IMG/VR virus record: IMGVR_UViG_3300020057_001228
Location: 64,001-128,000 of that record
From: a virus
Lineage: Duplodnaviria > Heunggongvirae > Uroviricota > Caudoviricetes
DNA: 64,000 nt
Strand: one strand, 5' to 3'
The notes below the pieces were generated by a model, which did not search any database, was not told the DNA's origin, and saw only the letters and a program-made list of their open reading frames with translations. A program made the translations under genes and the position numbers. Shown piece after piece: positions 27,748 through 38,600 of this stretch (position 1 is its first letter; each line of letters opens with the position of its first letter).

Positions 27748-28500
27748 ATGTACACACCATTCCCTCTCAACCTTGGTTTACGCAAAGACGTTCTTGATGA
27801 ACGTGACTTCTTGTACAAAGACGACAGGAAGATGAGAGGGTATTTGCCTCCTAGGTTTACAGTACGAGATAAGATGTCTCGTGTGTATAACCAGGGGGCT
27901 CTTGGTTCGTGTACAGCTTTCTCAACAGCTAAGGGAGCTCGTGAAGCTCTAGACCTCAGGGATGATAACCAGTTCACTCCACTGTCAGCTCTGTATCTCT
28001 ATTACCATACAAGAGCTGCCGAAGGTAACATCCAATCTGATTGTGGTGCTACTCTACGTAACGCTGTAAAGATCCTAAGTACCCGTGGGTGTGCTACGCA
28101 TGATGACTGGTTATACGACCAGAATGCGTTCCATACTCTACCAAACCAGAATGCAGAGTCTAGTGCTCCTAGGTTCAAGATCGTAGAGTATCACCGCCTT
28201 ACTACTCTAGAAGAGATGCTGCGCTGCCTTGCAGATGGCTACCCATTCGTTGGTGGTGTGTCAGCCTACTCTCACTGGTATAGTAAGGAAGTAGTTGCTG
28301 GTGGTAAGATCTGCTACCCACGTGATGGGGACTCTGATCTAGGCGGACATGCTATCTGCTTTACGGGTTATGACGTTGGTGAGAGCATACTTCAGTTCAA
28401 GAACTCTTGGGGTGAGGACTGGGGTGATAAGGGTTATGGCTATCTCCCACTGAACTATGTTGAGAAGTACGGGTGGGACTTCTGGACTATGACTAAGTAA
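27748..28500 (+). CDS. papain-family (C1A) cysteine protease
   Basis: Oxyanion Gln and catalytic Cys in 'NQGALGSCTAFS', His in 'GGHAICFTGYD', Asn in 'FKNSWGEDWGDKGYGY'. Confidence 0.93.
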   Translation: MYTPFPLNLGLRKDVLDERDFLYKDDRKMRGYLPPRFTVRDKMSRVYNQGALGSCTAFSTAKGAREALDLRDDNQFTPLSALYLYYHTRAAEGNIQSDCGATLRNAVKILSTRGCATHDDWLYDQNAFHTLPNQNAESSAPRFKIVEYHRLTTLEEMLRCLADGYPFVGGVSAYSHWYSKEVVAGGKICYPRDGDSDLGGHAICFTGYDVGESILQFKNSWGEDWGDKGYGYLPLNYVEKYGWDFWTMTK

Positions 28501-28503
28501 CGG

Positions 28504-28530
28504 TGCTTAAGCAAACACTAGGTACCTAGT
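28504..28530. repeat. two adjacent perfect palindromes upstream of the holin
   Basis: TGCTTAAGCA (28504-28513) and ACTAGGTACCTAGT (28517-28530). Confidence 0.8.
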
Positions 28531-28554
28531 TCATCATTGATTGGGAGAATAGTG

Positions 28555-29028
28555 ATGAAGCGAGGTAAGTCTATCATGCAAGATGTTTACGCTTTCTTCC
28601 GTGAGAACTTTAAGGGTATTCTAGATCATCCTATCGTAGCCACCCTTGGCGCCTTCACGGGAGTTATGCTCCCAATAGTTATCGAACCTGGTCTTGGTTT
28701 AACCCTACTCGTAGCTGTAGATACCTTCACAGGTAGGCAGGCCGCTTACAAGCGTGGTGAAGCTGTGCTCTCTGGTAAGATGCGTCAGATGACCATCAGT
28801 AAAGTGAACGGCTACTTGGTGTTTATTACGATGGCTGCAGTTGCTAGCTTCGTGATGAAATCTGACGTAATGCTTAGAGGTGCCTTCGGTCTAGCTGCTG
28901 CTGTAGAGTTCTTCTCCATTACTGAGAACCTCTACGACATGGGCCTCATTAGATTTGACCCTAGACGTGTACCCCTGTTTAAGGGTATTGTCGATGCTAT
29001 AAAGCATAAGGGTAAGAAGGACGAGTAA
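28555..29028 (+). CDS. holin (Phage_holin_4-like)
   Basis: Hydrophobic segments plus 'VDTFTG..AA...S.KMR...K...Y...EFFSITENL' pattern. Directly upstream of the endolysin. GGGAG SD. Confidence 0.8.
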   Translation: MKRGKSIMQDVYAFFRENFKGILDHPIVATLGAFTGVMLPIVIEPGLGLTLLVAVDTFTGRQAAYKRGEAVLSGKMRQMTISKVNGYLVFITMAAVASFVMKSDVMLRGAFGLAAAVEFFSITENLYDMGLIRFDPRRVPLFKGIVDAIKHKGKKDE

Positions 29029-29032
29029 GACC

Positions 29033-29707
29033 ATGGGTTACTTAAACGCAACAAAGTTGTACGGTAAACAAGATAGCGCGCTGATAGACGAATTCAATCT
29101 CTATCTGTTTGGTGAGAACACACAAGCAAGCCGCCCACTTGGTAAGCCCCAGGGTGTAGTCTTCCACCACACAGCGGGCACGTACAACCAATGCTTCAAT
29201 GGCTATCACTTCAACGTCGTGTATGATGTTAAGACACAAAAAGCACACATCGTGAAGAACCTAACCATCAAGCAGCTTGGACAGCACCTCTGGGGCAGGA
29301 ACACTGGCATGCTAGCCATCTCCTTCTCATCTATGCGTGGTGCTGTGAATATGACCAATCATCCTGGTCCGTATCCAATCAACGCAGCCATGCTACAGGT
29401 AGCTACCATCTTTACAGCTGAGTTGTGTGCTTGGACTTCACTCAACCCTAAAGGTAACCTGGTTCTGCCTAAGAAGCGTATTAGTGGTAATAGCTTAATT
29501 ACAGTACCCGGTGCGTCTATCACAGTACCTGTATTGGGCGACCACGCTATCTATGCTAGGCACGATGGGTACTTCCCTAGTCGTTGGGACGTAGGGGGTC
29601 CTGAGGGTGAAATCATGAAGGCTCTTGCGCCCGCCATTGCTACACATCATGATAGGTTGAAGTCTGGTAAGGCAACGTTCGAGTATCTAGGACTGTTGAA
29701 GGAGTAG
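29033..29707 (+). CDS. endolysin, N-acetylmuramoyl-L-alanine amidase (Amidase_2-like)
   Basis: 'VVFHHTAG', 'GYHFNV', 'HLWGRNTGMLAISF', 'VLGDH' and 'RWD' fit the Amidase_2 Zn-ligand layout. Follows the holin. Confidence 0.85.
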   Translation: MGYLNATKLYGKQDSALIDEFNLYLFGENTQASRPLGKPQGVVFHHTAGTYNQCFNGYHFNVVYDVKTQKAHIVKNLTIKQLGQHLWGRNTGMLAISFSSMRGAVNMTNHPGPYPINAAMLQVATIFTAELCAWTSLNPKGNLVLPKKRISGNSLITVPGASITVPVLGDHAIYARHDGYFPSRWDVGGPEGEIMKALAPAIATHHDRLKSGKATFEYLGLLKE

Positions 29708-29711
29708 GAAG

Positions 29712-30023
29712 ATGGATTTCTTCGTATTACTACAGGAACATAGTGGGCTGATTCAGATGATCATAGCCACTGTACTTGGTGGTTTGGTTGGTGGTGTTAC
29801 AACTAAGAAGGCTCTAGCTATTGCAGCTACTATCGTAGCTATGGTTGCTAAGGAGTCTTTAAACAACCAGGAGAAGCGTGACAAGGCTGTAGAGATGTTC
29901 TACCAGGCTCTGCCTCAGGTAGCTAACCGTATACCTCGCTTTTTAGCTGTGTGGATCATTGAAGTAACCTGGCAGGGTTTGGTCAAAGCGGTTGTAGAAG
30001 CCCCCAAGAGTCCTGAGGGTTAA
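29712..30023 (+). CDS. second holin-like/antiholin membrane protein
   Basis: N-terminal hydrophobic segment 'LIQMIIATVLGGLVGG', then 'K..KAVEMFY'. No lipobox. Follows the lysin. Confidence 0.5.
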   Translation: MDFFVLLQEHSGLIQMIIATVLGGLVGGVTTKKALAIAATIVAMVAKESLNNQEKRDKAVEMFYQALPQVANRIPRFLAVWIIEVTWQGLVKAVVEAPKSPEG

Positions 30024-30035
30024 GAGGGTGTTGAG

Positions 30036-30308
30036 ATGCAAGCTCCTGATCAGAACTACTACCTCAGTAGGCCAGAGGGAATGGCTGATGAAGACATACT
30101 TAAAGCCTGTCTTACTACCGACTCTCTCGGCTATGCTCTGAAGCTTGCATCTTTCGTCTTTGAAAATGGACTCCAAGTGACTGTGGATGATAGTGTCACT
30201 GGGATCTTCAATCTCTACATCGTCTGTATCGCTAAAGACTTGGACAAGGTAAACTTTTCAACCTATCTAGCGGAAAAGTGGGAGTTAAAATTCAGTGGCC
30301 CAGTTTGA
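30036..30308 (+). CDS. hypothetical protein
   Basis: 90-aa ORF in the gene-dense operon. Confidence 0.55.
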   Translation: MQAPDQNYYLSRPEGMADEDILKACLTTDSLGYALKLASFVFENGLQVTVDDSVTGIFNLYIVCIAKDLDKVNFSTYLAEKWELKFSGPV

Positions 30309-33300
30309 TCCATCGATCCTAGGGTCTGGGGATATTACGTTATCAACGTTCTCCGACCAGGAACTAAGTATACTGAACCAACATGTCATAGCCAATTACA
30401 GCTTGACTATGTTCTCTCCGTTCGCCATGCAATCAATTACGCTACAGCGTCAGAGCTACTTAACTGTACTTAGGGCACAAGGTCCAGCATCTGCTGAAGC
30501 AACGTTTAGGTCCGCTACTAACATCATCCATCAGGCCTTCACAGATAACGGGTTCGGTATCTCCCTAAAGGAAGCTGAAGAGCTATGGGCTGAGATCCCA
30601 GCCGCTGTTGGTACTTACACTGCTACGCCTATCAACAAGGACAACTTCAACCTACAGATGCAGAATCAGATGATGTCTGACCTGACTACCATGTTTAGTC
30701 GTACACCAGATGCTAAGGACAAGGCTCTAATCGGTATCAAGAACTCGACGTTGCCTGACTCTAATCTGGTCACACTCGTTAAGAAGGCTCTACTGATCCC
30801 TGACGCGAGTAAGTTACACGAAGATCCTAAGTTCGCTAACGTTGTACTAACTCCTCTTATGGAGTTGAGACGTACTGCTCCTGCAGACATTGCTACGAGG
30901 ATCAGCAATGCATTCAACCAGATGAACCCGACACGAAGGATCAACATGTCCCATATGATGGGGCTGGATACCTACTGGGCAGATTCAGCTGGGGACCCTA
31001 CTGTCTTTGGTAACCTGATCAAAGCAGATTTAACCAGCAGTGCGCAGTCACAGTTTCCAAACCAAGAGTCTTCAGCTAGCAAGACCTTCCAGAAGATCAT
31101 AGCTGGGCTGTTTAGGAACTTCGAACTCGCTGATCCTGATCCTGATAAGACGCGGCTAGACATAGCCGCAGTCCTTCTTAACGGTATCGCTGACATCCGT
31201 GATACTGAACCTACCAGTACGACCCATGCTTTCGTTCAGATCATCAACAAGGGCTTCGTTGAGAAAGTAACCAACGAGCTGGTTGCTATGACACGTACTG
31301 CGGTTGCTACTCAGAACCAGACCACCATGGATGCTGTATCCAAGCCTATCCTAGAAGCAGCCTATGGCCCAGGAGCCGCTGCTAACTATCGTAACGTAAA
31401 CCTAAAGCAGCAGGACTCTGCACTAGGCTCTACAGTAGCTACAAGGGACAGAAGGATCACTAAGGACGCCAAGACTCTAGATGTAGAGAAGAACGCAAAG
31501 AAGGCCTCTGACGCACTTGGTAATGCTATGCAAGCTGCAGCAGTAGCTGCTGGTATTGCTACCTTTACCACTAACGTTGTAGGCATTGGTCCCATTGATG
31601 CCACAGCTGCTACTCTCAAGGCTTACACAGACCTAGCTGTCATTTCAGGTAGAGATGCTATCTTCAACAACCCTGCTTCCAAACTGCTAGGGTTAAATCG
31701 CTTCTCCCCTATCTACGACCTGGTAGCACAAGACCTAATCCAGCAGCCAGCTAAAGGCGCTATAGCAGCTGTCCAGAAAGAAGTGAACCAGTTGTTCGGT
31801 GGGGTTATGGACTCTATCTTAACCGGTCAGCCTATCAGAGCGTTCGAAGGGGCTAAGAGCCCAGCTGACATGTTAGGTATGCTTGGTAAGACAGCATTGG
31901 GTGGGGCGTTCCCTTGGCTCCTACCACCAGATTCCAAGCTCTCTTCTCCTCTAAGGAAGTATCTAGTTGGCACTGGGGCTCTAGATAACTTCCTTGGTAT
32001 CTCTGCCTTCAATGTCTACGACAAAGGTGGAATGAAGATTGAGCAGGATGGTAGAGCCCCTAAGATCGACAACAGCTTTATAGACGCTGTGCCATCTAAC
32101 CCTATTGGAGCACTGCCTAAACCACAGATCGTCTTTGCAGATGACAACGGTGTCATTAGGTATGAGTTCAAGCTGCTACCAGCTATGAAGTCCAACACTC
32201 AGCTTGGCCACGGGCAGGATGGACAGGACGTTCCATTCCCTAGCTATGGTATCTCCTATAGCCATGTACAGAACATCGCAAGCATTGACGTACCTGGTGG
32301 TACTCCACTGTTCCAATCTCTAGGTATCTCTGCAGACATCATCGAGATTGTAGGAGAAGTAGTCAGCTACGGCTTCCGTGCTGTTGGTGGTACTAAAGAC
32401 TTCAGTCAATCCATGTTCCCCTTTGGTCCAGACTTGAATGCGGAGGGATCAGGCAACAAGAAGATCGCTGGAGCTCTAAGTAACAATGCTACTGAGCGTA
32501 CCAGCTATAGAGCCTATGGTGCCTGGAACGATGTTGAAGAAGGATTAATGAAGCTTACTAAAGAAGGTAAGCCTATCCACTTCAAGATTATGTATAGCTA
32601 CCTCAATGCTGCTGATACTAGCTTCGCTGCCATCGACTACAAGGTCTATATCGCTCGCGTGCAACGTATCCATGCTCGTAGGGATAAGGTGTACTACAAG
32701 ATCACAATGATCCGTACCGAGTGGAAGGGTTTCAACAACGGTAGTACAGATATGAGTGACACAGCAGCAAAGGCTGAGGAGTTGTTCAACAAGAAGAAGG
32801 CAGCTCAGCTTATTGCACCACCTGTATCACAAGACCCCGTACTACCAGGTGGTGTAGACAACCCAGCTCTATCTGACGTGGGTAAGAAGGTCACAGAGGA
32901 CACACTCACCAAGTTAGGTATTGAACCTACGGGCAATTCTCTAAGTGATACTGCCAAACTTGTTGTTGCGGATCAGATCAAGAACCGTAAGCTAACCGTA
33001 AATAACATCACTGGCTTCAACCTAAAGCTTCCTGATAAGCCAGTACACATCATCTCTGATCAAACCTTCAATGGTGTAACAGAGGCTGAGAGAAAGACCA
33101 ATCGGGCTAACCGTAAAGTGAACAAGATTGGTGATAATCTCTATGAGACTGTAGTCTTCGTTAAGACCGAAGGTGGTCAGGGTAGAACTGTAAACGTCCA
33201 GGTAGGTGGTACCGGTACCTTCAAGTCTAATAAACAAGGGGAACTAACACAAACTGGTAAGTTCTTAACAGAAGCTGATGTACGTAACATCGCTATCGCT

Positions 33301-33363
33301 CTAGAAGACAAGAGTCAAACTTCGTTCACTAGCCGTCTCAAGGAAGTGAAGGCTACACCGTAA
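30295..33363 (+). CDS. 1022-aa hypothetical virion protein, possibly containing a tube-initiator-like domain
   Basis: Helical N-terminal half. The beta domain 'ISYSHVQNIASIDVPGGTPLFQSLG...IEIVGEV...YKVYIARV..IH..DKVYYKITM' resembles a tube-fold module. Confidence 0.55.
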   Translation: MAQFDPSILGSGDITLSTFSDQELSILNQHVIANYSLTMFSPFAMQSITLQRQSYLTVLRAQGPASAEATFRSATNIIHQAFTDNGFGISLKEAEELWAEIPAAVGTYTATPINKDNFNLQMQNQMMSDLTTMFSRTPDAKDKALIGIKNSTLPDSNLVTLVKKALLIPDASKLHEDPKFANVVLTPLMELRRTAPADIATRISNAFNQMNPTRRINMSHMMGLDTYWADSAGDPTVFGNLIKADLTSSAQSQFPNQESSASKTFQKIIAGLFRNFELADPDPDKTRLDIAAVLLNGIADIRDTEPTSTTHAFVQIINKGFVEKVTNELVAMTRTAVATQNQTTMDAVSKPILEAAYGPGAAANYRNVNLKQQDSALGSTVATRDRRITKDAKTLDVEKNAKKASDALGNAMQAAAVAAGIATFTTNVVGIGPIDATAATLKAYTDLAVISGRDAIFNNPASKLLGLNRFSPIYDLVAQDLIQQPAKGAIAAVQKEVNQLFGGVMDSILTGQPIRAFEGAKSPADMLGMLGKTALGGAFPWLLPPDSKLSSPLRKYLVGTGALDNFLGISAFNVYDKGGMKIEQDGRAPKIDNSFIDAVPSNPIGALPKPQIVFADDNGVIRYEFKLLPAMKSNTQLGHGQDGQDVPFPSYGISYSHVQNIASIDVPGGTPLFQSLGISADIIEIVGEVVSYGFRAVGGTKDFSQSMFPFGPDLNAEGSGNKKIAGALSNNATERTSYRAYGAWNDVEEGLMKLTKEGKPIHFKIMYSYLNAADTSFAAIDYKVYIARVQRIHARRDKVYYKITMIRTEWKGFNNGSTDMSDTAAKAEELFNKKKAAQLIAPPVSQDPVLPGGVDNPALSDVGKKVTEDTLTKLGIEPTGNSLSDTAKLVVADQIKNRKLTVNNITGFNLKLPDKPVHIISDQTFNGVTEAERKTNRANRKVNKIGDNLYETVVFVKTEGGQGRTVNVQVGGTGTFKSNKQGELTQTGKFLTEADVRNIAIALEDKSQTSFTSRLKEVKATP

Positions 33364-33845
33364 TGGCAGACATCAAGCTAGAGATCGCACTATCGAAAGT
33401 ACTCCCTAGGTTGGGAGGAGTTCAGGGTGCTCGTAAGCTGGAGACTAAGTGTGTAGAGAAGATCGTCAGCCACCCTGGTGACGTCGTTATCATCACTAGC
33501 TATGACTTCACACTACGTCTGCCTAACTGCAAGTTTGGTTACAGGGTGTTTGATGAACGGATGCAGCTACGTTACGCAGTAGCTTTTGATCTATCTCAAG
33601 CTGACCTGTATGAGACGTATGGTGCTGATGTACGTGTGCCTGAGTTCAACTTTGGCTATAATAGTCTAGATGAACTATGGTTATCTTCTGTGACTAAGGG
33701 TGATTTCTTCTACATCATGTACACGTTCCAATCACCAGCAACACTAGATACTCACGAGAGAATCGTCCTCGTTGTTAAAACTGCTGCAGAGAACCAGGAT
33801 CAGTTGCCTGCAAATACCAGCAGAAACATCTTGAAAGGCTTCTAA
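33363..33845 (+). CDS. hypothetical protein
   Basis: 160-aa ORF, TAATG-coupled on both sides. Confidence 0.65.
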   Translation: MADIKLEIALSKVLPRLGGVQGARKLETKCVEKIVSHPGDVVIITSYDFTLRLPNCKFGYRVFDERMQLRYAVAFDLSQADLYETYGADVRVPEFNFGYNSLDELWLSSVTKGDFFYIMYTFQSPATLDTHERIVLVVKTAAENQDQLPANTSRNILKGF

Positions 33846-35566
33846 TGGCTAAGGGTAACTTTAAATCCTTCGGATTGCTTGATGACCTCATCAGTGGGGC
33901 ACAGGAAGGTGGCAGTAGCGACCTTAACATCATCGAGTTCTCTGAACAGGTACTTGAGATCACAACGCTCTACACGCCTCAGAGAGCTGTGCTTAAAGCG
34001 TTCTACAACCTACCACTCGACCCAGATGAAGAAGCCTGGCTAGAGCAGATGGTAGCAGACGACAAGTCTACTTGGGTTAAGGGTAGGAAGTACAAAGAGC
34101 TAGCCCTAGAAGTGGGCATGCGTGCTGGTAAGACTCTGCTTGCATCTATCGTCGTTTGCTATGAGTTCTGGAAGCTCAGCAAGATGGCTGATCCTGCTAA
34201 GGCATTTGGCCTGATCAAGAACTCACCCATCTTCATCATCACAGTAGCTACCACAGGAGCTCAGTCCAAGGATACCGTCTTTGGCTACACCAAGGCTCGT
34301 ATGGAAGGCTCTACCTACTTCAAGGGACTGATGGACAACGGCAGGCTGGTCCTAAAGGATGACCGTATTGAGTTTCCATCGAAGCGCCTAACCATCATTG
34401 GTGGTCACAGCAACCAAGCGGGTATGGTAGGTAAGACAGCCAAGCTGTTCTGCATGGACGAGGCTGCTCGTTTCAAAGAGCAATCAGATGTAGACGCCAA
34501 GAGCATGTACTCTAACGTTGGTAGATCTACAGTTACCTTCAAGGATGAAGGATTTAAGATGGTGGTCTCCTCTGCTTGGGAAGAGGGTGACATCATGGAG
34601 TGGCTATATGAGAGAGGTGATCCACTTAAGGAAGATCAGACTCTGCTAGCCTTCCGGCTTACCACGTGGGATATGAACCCACAGCTCACACGTAACCAGC
34701 TACGCGACCAGTATGAAGCTGACGAAGTAGCAGCTAGACGTGACCATGAGGGTATCCGTCCTGGTACCGTAGAGAACTTCTTCACTAAGAAAGCCATCCT
34801 CGCGTGTATTGAGGATAAGCGTAAGTCAGCTATCACGTTCAACCAGATCACACGGAAGGTAGAAGACAGGACCTACGTTGAGGTTATGCTCAATGAGATC
34901 ACTCGTGTCGACTTCCCTGTGTACTCATACGCACACTCTGACCCTGGTCTTAAGCGAGATAGCTTTGCCTTCGCTTCTGGTAGGCCTGTAAAGACTCCTG
35001 ATGGCATCAAGGTTTACATCGATGTCGTGATTGAGTGGACTCCTCAAGATAGGGGTAAGGGTGTTGTGTACCCTGTAAGCTACGAGAACGTAGAGAAGAT
35101 CATTATGGAAGTACACAAGGCTCGTAACCTTCGTAGGTTAACGTTCGACCACTGGCAGAACGCCAGCCTGGTTCAGAAGCTATACACCAAAGGTATCCTT
35201 ACTAAAGAAGTACAGTTCTCCCGTGGTCACCAGTTAGACATCTATCAAGTTGCTCGACGTAAATTCAACACTGGTATGGTGGTGCTACCTGACGATTGTC
35301 CTAAGCTGATTAGGGAGCTCATCCACATCCAGTTAAAAAACGGATCAAAGATAGATCACCCTGTTAAGAACCCTGACGAGAGTATGGGGTCTAAAGACTT
35401 AGCAGACGCTGTTGTTTCTGTAATCGCACAGTGTGTAGATGAAGAACGCTCAATGATTACAGGTGGAAGGAGTTATGCTCCTATACAGACGTTAGGTAAA
35501 ACACACGTTGCTGATCTCACTACAACTAGGCAGAATTTGCCAAACATTAGTCAACAGATCAAGTAA
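33845..35566 (+). CDS. terL: terminase large subunit
   Basis: Walker A 'VGMRAGKT', Walker B 'LFCMDEAA', nuclease motifs 'HSDPGLKRDSF', 'LTFDHWQ' and 'KIDHP...SKDLADAV'. Confidence 0.9.
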   Translation: MAKGNFKSFGLLDDLISGAQEGGSSDLNIIEFSEQVLEITTLYTPQRAVLKAFYNLPLDPDEEAWLEQMVADDKSTWVKGRKYKELALEVGMRAGKTLLASIVVCYEFWKLSKMADPAKAFGLIKNSPIFIITVATTGAQSKDTVFGYTKARMEGSTYFKGLMDNGRLVLKDDRIEFPSKRLTIIGGHSNQAGMVGKTAKLFCMDEAARFKEQSDVDAKSMYSNVGRSTVTFKDEGFKMVVSSAWEEGDIMEWLYERGDPLKEDQTLLAFRLTTWDMNPQLTRNQLRDQYEADEVAARRDHEGIRPGTVENFFTKKAILACIEDKRKSAITFNQITRKVEDRTYVEVMLNEITRVDFPVYSYAHSDPGLKRDSFAFASGRPVKTPDGIKVYIDVVIEWTPQDRGKGVVYPVSYENVEKIIMEVHKARNLRRLTFDHWQNASLVQKLYTKGILTKEVQFSRGHQLDIYQVARRKFNTGMVVLPDDCPKLIRELIHIQLKNGSKIDHPVKNPDESMGSKDLADAVVSVIAQCVDEERSMITGGRSYAPIQTLGKTHVADLTTTRQNLPNISQQIK

Positions 35567-35608
35567 CCACGCCTACGTGCTATCCTAGATACCTAGGAGT
35601 GATCTATA

Positions 35609-38600
35609 GTGGCCGAGAGCAACTTATTTGAAGACCAGGGTCAATTACTATCTGGTATGGGTGCCAGACAGCAAGCGACACCTAATTCTTCGCTGTTCGT
35701 AACCTCCTACGAGGGTGAACCTAAATATATTAGTACCTTGAATCTACAAGGTGCTAATATCCTCATGTCTCAACCACAGACAGCGTTTGACTCTGCTCGT
35801 CAGGCGAAGCTGTTTGAGACTCATAAGAACATACATCCGTTTAAACAGGATATTCTGTTCCACGCTAAAGCAGCTGTAAGGACAGTATCTGGTATCCCAC
35901 AAGAAGCAGCGATGCTTACTTCTAACTTGACTCCCTCAGGACATGGTAAGAACACAGACTTCTGGGGTAACCCTTATCACAACCAGCTGAACCTGGGTTA
36001 CAACATTACTGATAAGAAGGTAATGTCCGAGCTGAACAGCAAGCTAGCCGTCTTACGTAGTGGTAACCTACCAGCCGCTCATAAGGGCGATAGTATCTTG
36101 GTAGGTGGGCCTGGTACTACAACGCTAGGTAGTCAGGTAGCAGATCTCATCAAGCAGAGTCGTGGCACTATGACCATGACATCAGCTACGATATCTACGA
36201 ATTCAGAAGCTGTAACTGGTGCTATCCGTGACAAGCTGACCCGTGGCGATACTGTAAACCTGTACGTTGGTGGTGTATCAGAACAGGATCGTAAGTCTGG
36301 CGCAGCTAGCGTTAAGGCTTTAATGCCATTCGCCACAAAGAACAACCTGAAGGTTTTCAACCTACCACCAGGCGCCTCATCCCACGCTAACGTCTATGCG
36401 TTCCAGAATGGTTTGATGCTCATCGGTTCTGCTCGTGACTCCGATCAAGCTATGGGCGGCAACAACGTTGAGATGCTCCTAAAGGTTGTGGACAAGGGAG
36501 CTGGTGTTCAGCTCAAGAAGATCCTAGACCAGCACTTCACTGAGTCTCTAGATCCCTATAAGATGTACCAGGCTAGCGCAAAGCTAAGCACAGATACTGT
36601 CTTTCGTTCTGATGAAATCTGGAAGTCTGTTAGACAGGTAACTGGTCTCTCTGAGCAGCGCTATCGTGTCGATCCGTTTATCCCTACAGATGTACGTAGG
36701 GGACTCAAGAATGAGATCGGAGCTGAGCTAGCTCGTAAGGGTATCACTGACCCCAGTGTGATAGCTGAAGAGTACAGCAAGCGGGTACGTGGGTACTCAC
36801 AGCGTGGTGTCTATAGCTACATGTACTCTAGTGCTTACCAAGAGGTGAATGGTAGGACTGGACGTAACCTAGTACCAATGGGTCCACCAGAGATCCCGTA
36901 CGCTATCCGTATTGCGGATGAGAAGGCTATGGCTCTCACACAGGGAGACAAGTGGGCCTCTCACTGGGCTGTACAGAACTACGCTAAGGTCGCTGGTGAC
37001 CTAGGTGTGGGTATTGACCTATCAGAGTTTGCTCAGCGTGAAGGCCGTGGTATGGCAGCATCGCTGATCTTAAGCCACGTCCACCAGTACGAGAAGAGCT
37101 CCTACCTCAAAGAGGTCGATGAGCGCTCTCATAGTGAGTACAGGCCTAACCTAGCAGGGTTCCAAAAAGGATTCCTTGAGTCTGGCTTAGAGTCAATCTT
37201 CGATGGTACTAACTCGCTAATCATGATGGGTGCTATGTACACCTATGGTATGCGTTGGGTAGCTAGAGACCTGGCTGACATCCAAGGCCAGTTCATGACA
37301 GCGATGGCCCATAAGATCGATGGAGATCTGTATGCTAATAAGCTAAAGGCTAACAACCATGCTGGCCGATGGGCTGTTCGTGGCGCAGCTAAGATGCTAA
37401 ACGTCATGGGTAGTTTTACCCACGGTATGATGGCTGGTCTATCTCTTGGTTCTCTTAACACCTACAACGAGACTATGCGTGCCATCTTCCCTTCAACCGT
37501 AAACCCTATGGAAAAGACTATGCAGTCTGTTGTATCCAAAGGTGGAACTCATGCTGACGTAGTAGCCGCGGTTAACAAGGTCTGGATCGGTGCTGCCAAC
37601 ACTGTAGAGAGGGCTATTGATAAGACTATGCTAGAACACATTGGTAGTGTTCTCCGCAACTTTATCAAGAAGCAGACGCCAGTAGGCCTTCAGAAGGCTA
37701 TGCACAACGCTCTCAGAGGCGCAGGAGCAATGAAGGGCATGGGGGCTGCTCTCCTAATGGCAGCCAAGAGTAACGTAGGGGTTCGTGGGGCTCTGGGAGC
37801 TGCTGCGTTTAGTATCGCTACAGGTATCACAGCATGGAACTCTCTCTATGCTTCTCAGTCTGCAGCTACCCAGTTAACCACAGGGGAACAGATCACAGCG
37901 CAGAAGACCATCGAGACAATCTTTGGTGATCAAATTCGTGTGCCTCTTACCATGTACAGAGCTGGGTATAACCCGACTGCAGTCTCTACATCTGTAGACA
38001 CAATGATCGCAGCCTCTCTAGGAGCTGCTGTCGGCGCAAAGATAGGTGGACCTAGAGGCGCTCTTGCTGGCGGTATTATCGGTGCTGCCGGTGTCCTAGC
38101 TGGCGGCCTTAGTCCTGGCTTTGCATACGAGAACTACATTAGGGTACCACTACTCAATAACTATGAGATGGGTACGTACGACTTCCTAAACCACGGAGCC
38201 TACAGGGCGGGTGGTGCAGTAGCTGGATTCGGGGCAGGTGTAGCCTATGGCACCCTGTACGCACGTAGGTTTAGCACACCTCGCCACATCGTAAGTGGCA
38301 CGGTTGTATCCACTGTAGCTGGTATCATCGGTGGAGTCGTTGGTGCTAACCTGAACCACGTCATTGCTGGTCTAGCCGGCACTCAGTGGAAAGCTCACCA
38401 TATGGAAGGTGCTGAGCACAGCTGGGTAGTCCTTGGTAACAAGTTCAACCAGGCTGCTGGTTACCTTATGGCTGCTAAAGAAGCTAAGGATCGCTACCTG
38501 AAGAAGGGCAATCCTGACGACATGAAGCTATGGTATCAGCTGAACCAGAAGGCCCTTGCCTACAACCACATGCGTGGTGATGGCACAGCCGGTAACATGG

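Noticed and set aside
29712-30308. Post-lysin ORFs as Rz/Rz1 spanins
   Set aside because: No lipobox cysteine, no long periplasmic coiled coil and no nested ORF.
35335-35341. In-phase A AAA AAC heptamer in terL
   Set aside because: The -1 frame stops within about 10 codons and would remove the last nuclease motif; probably incidental.
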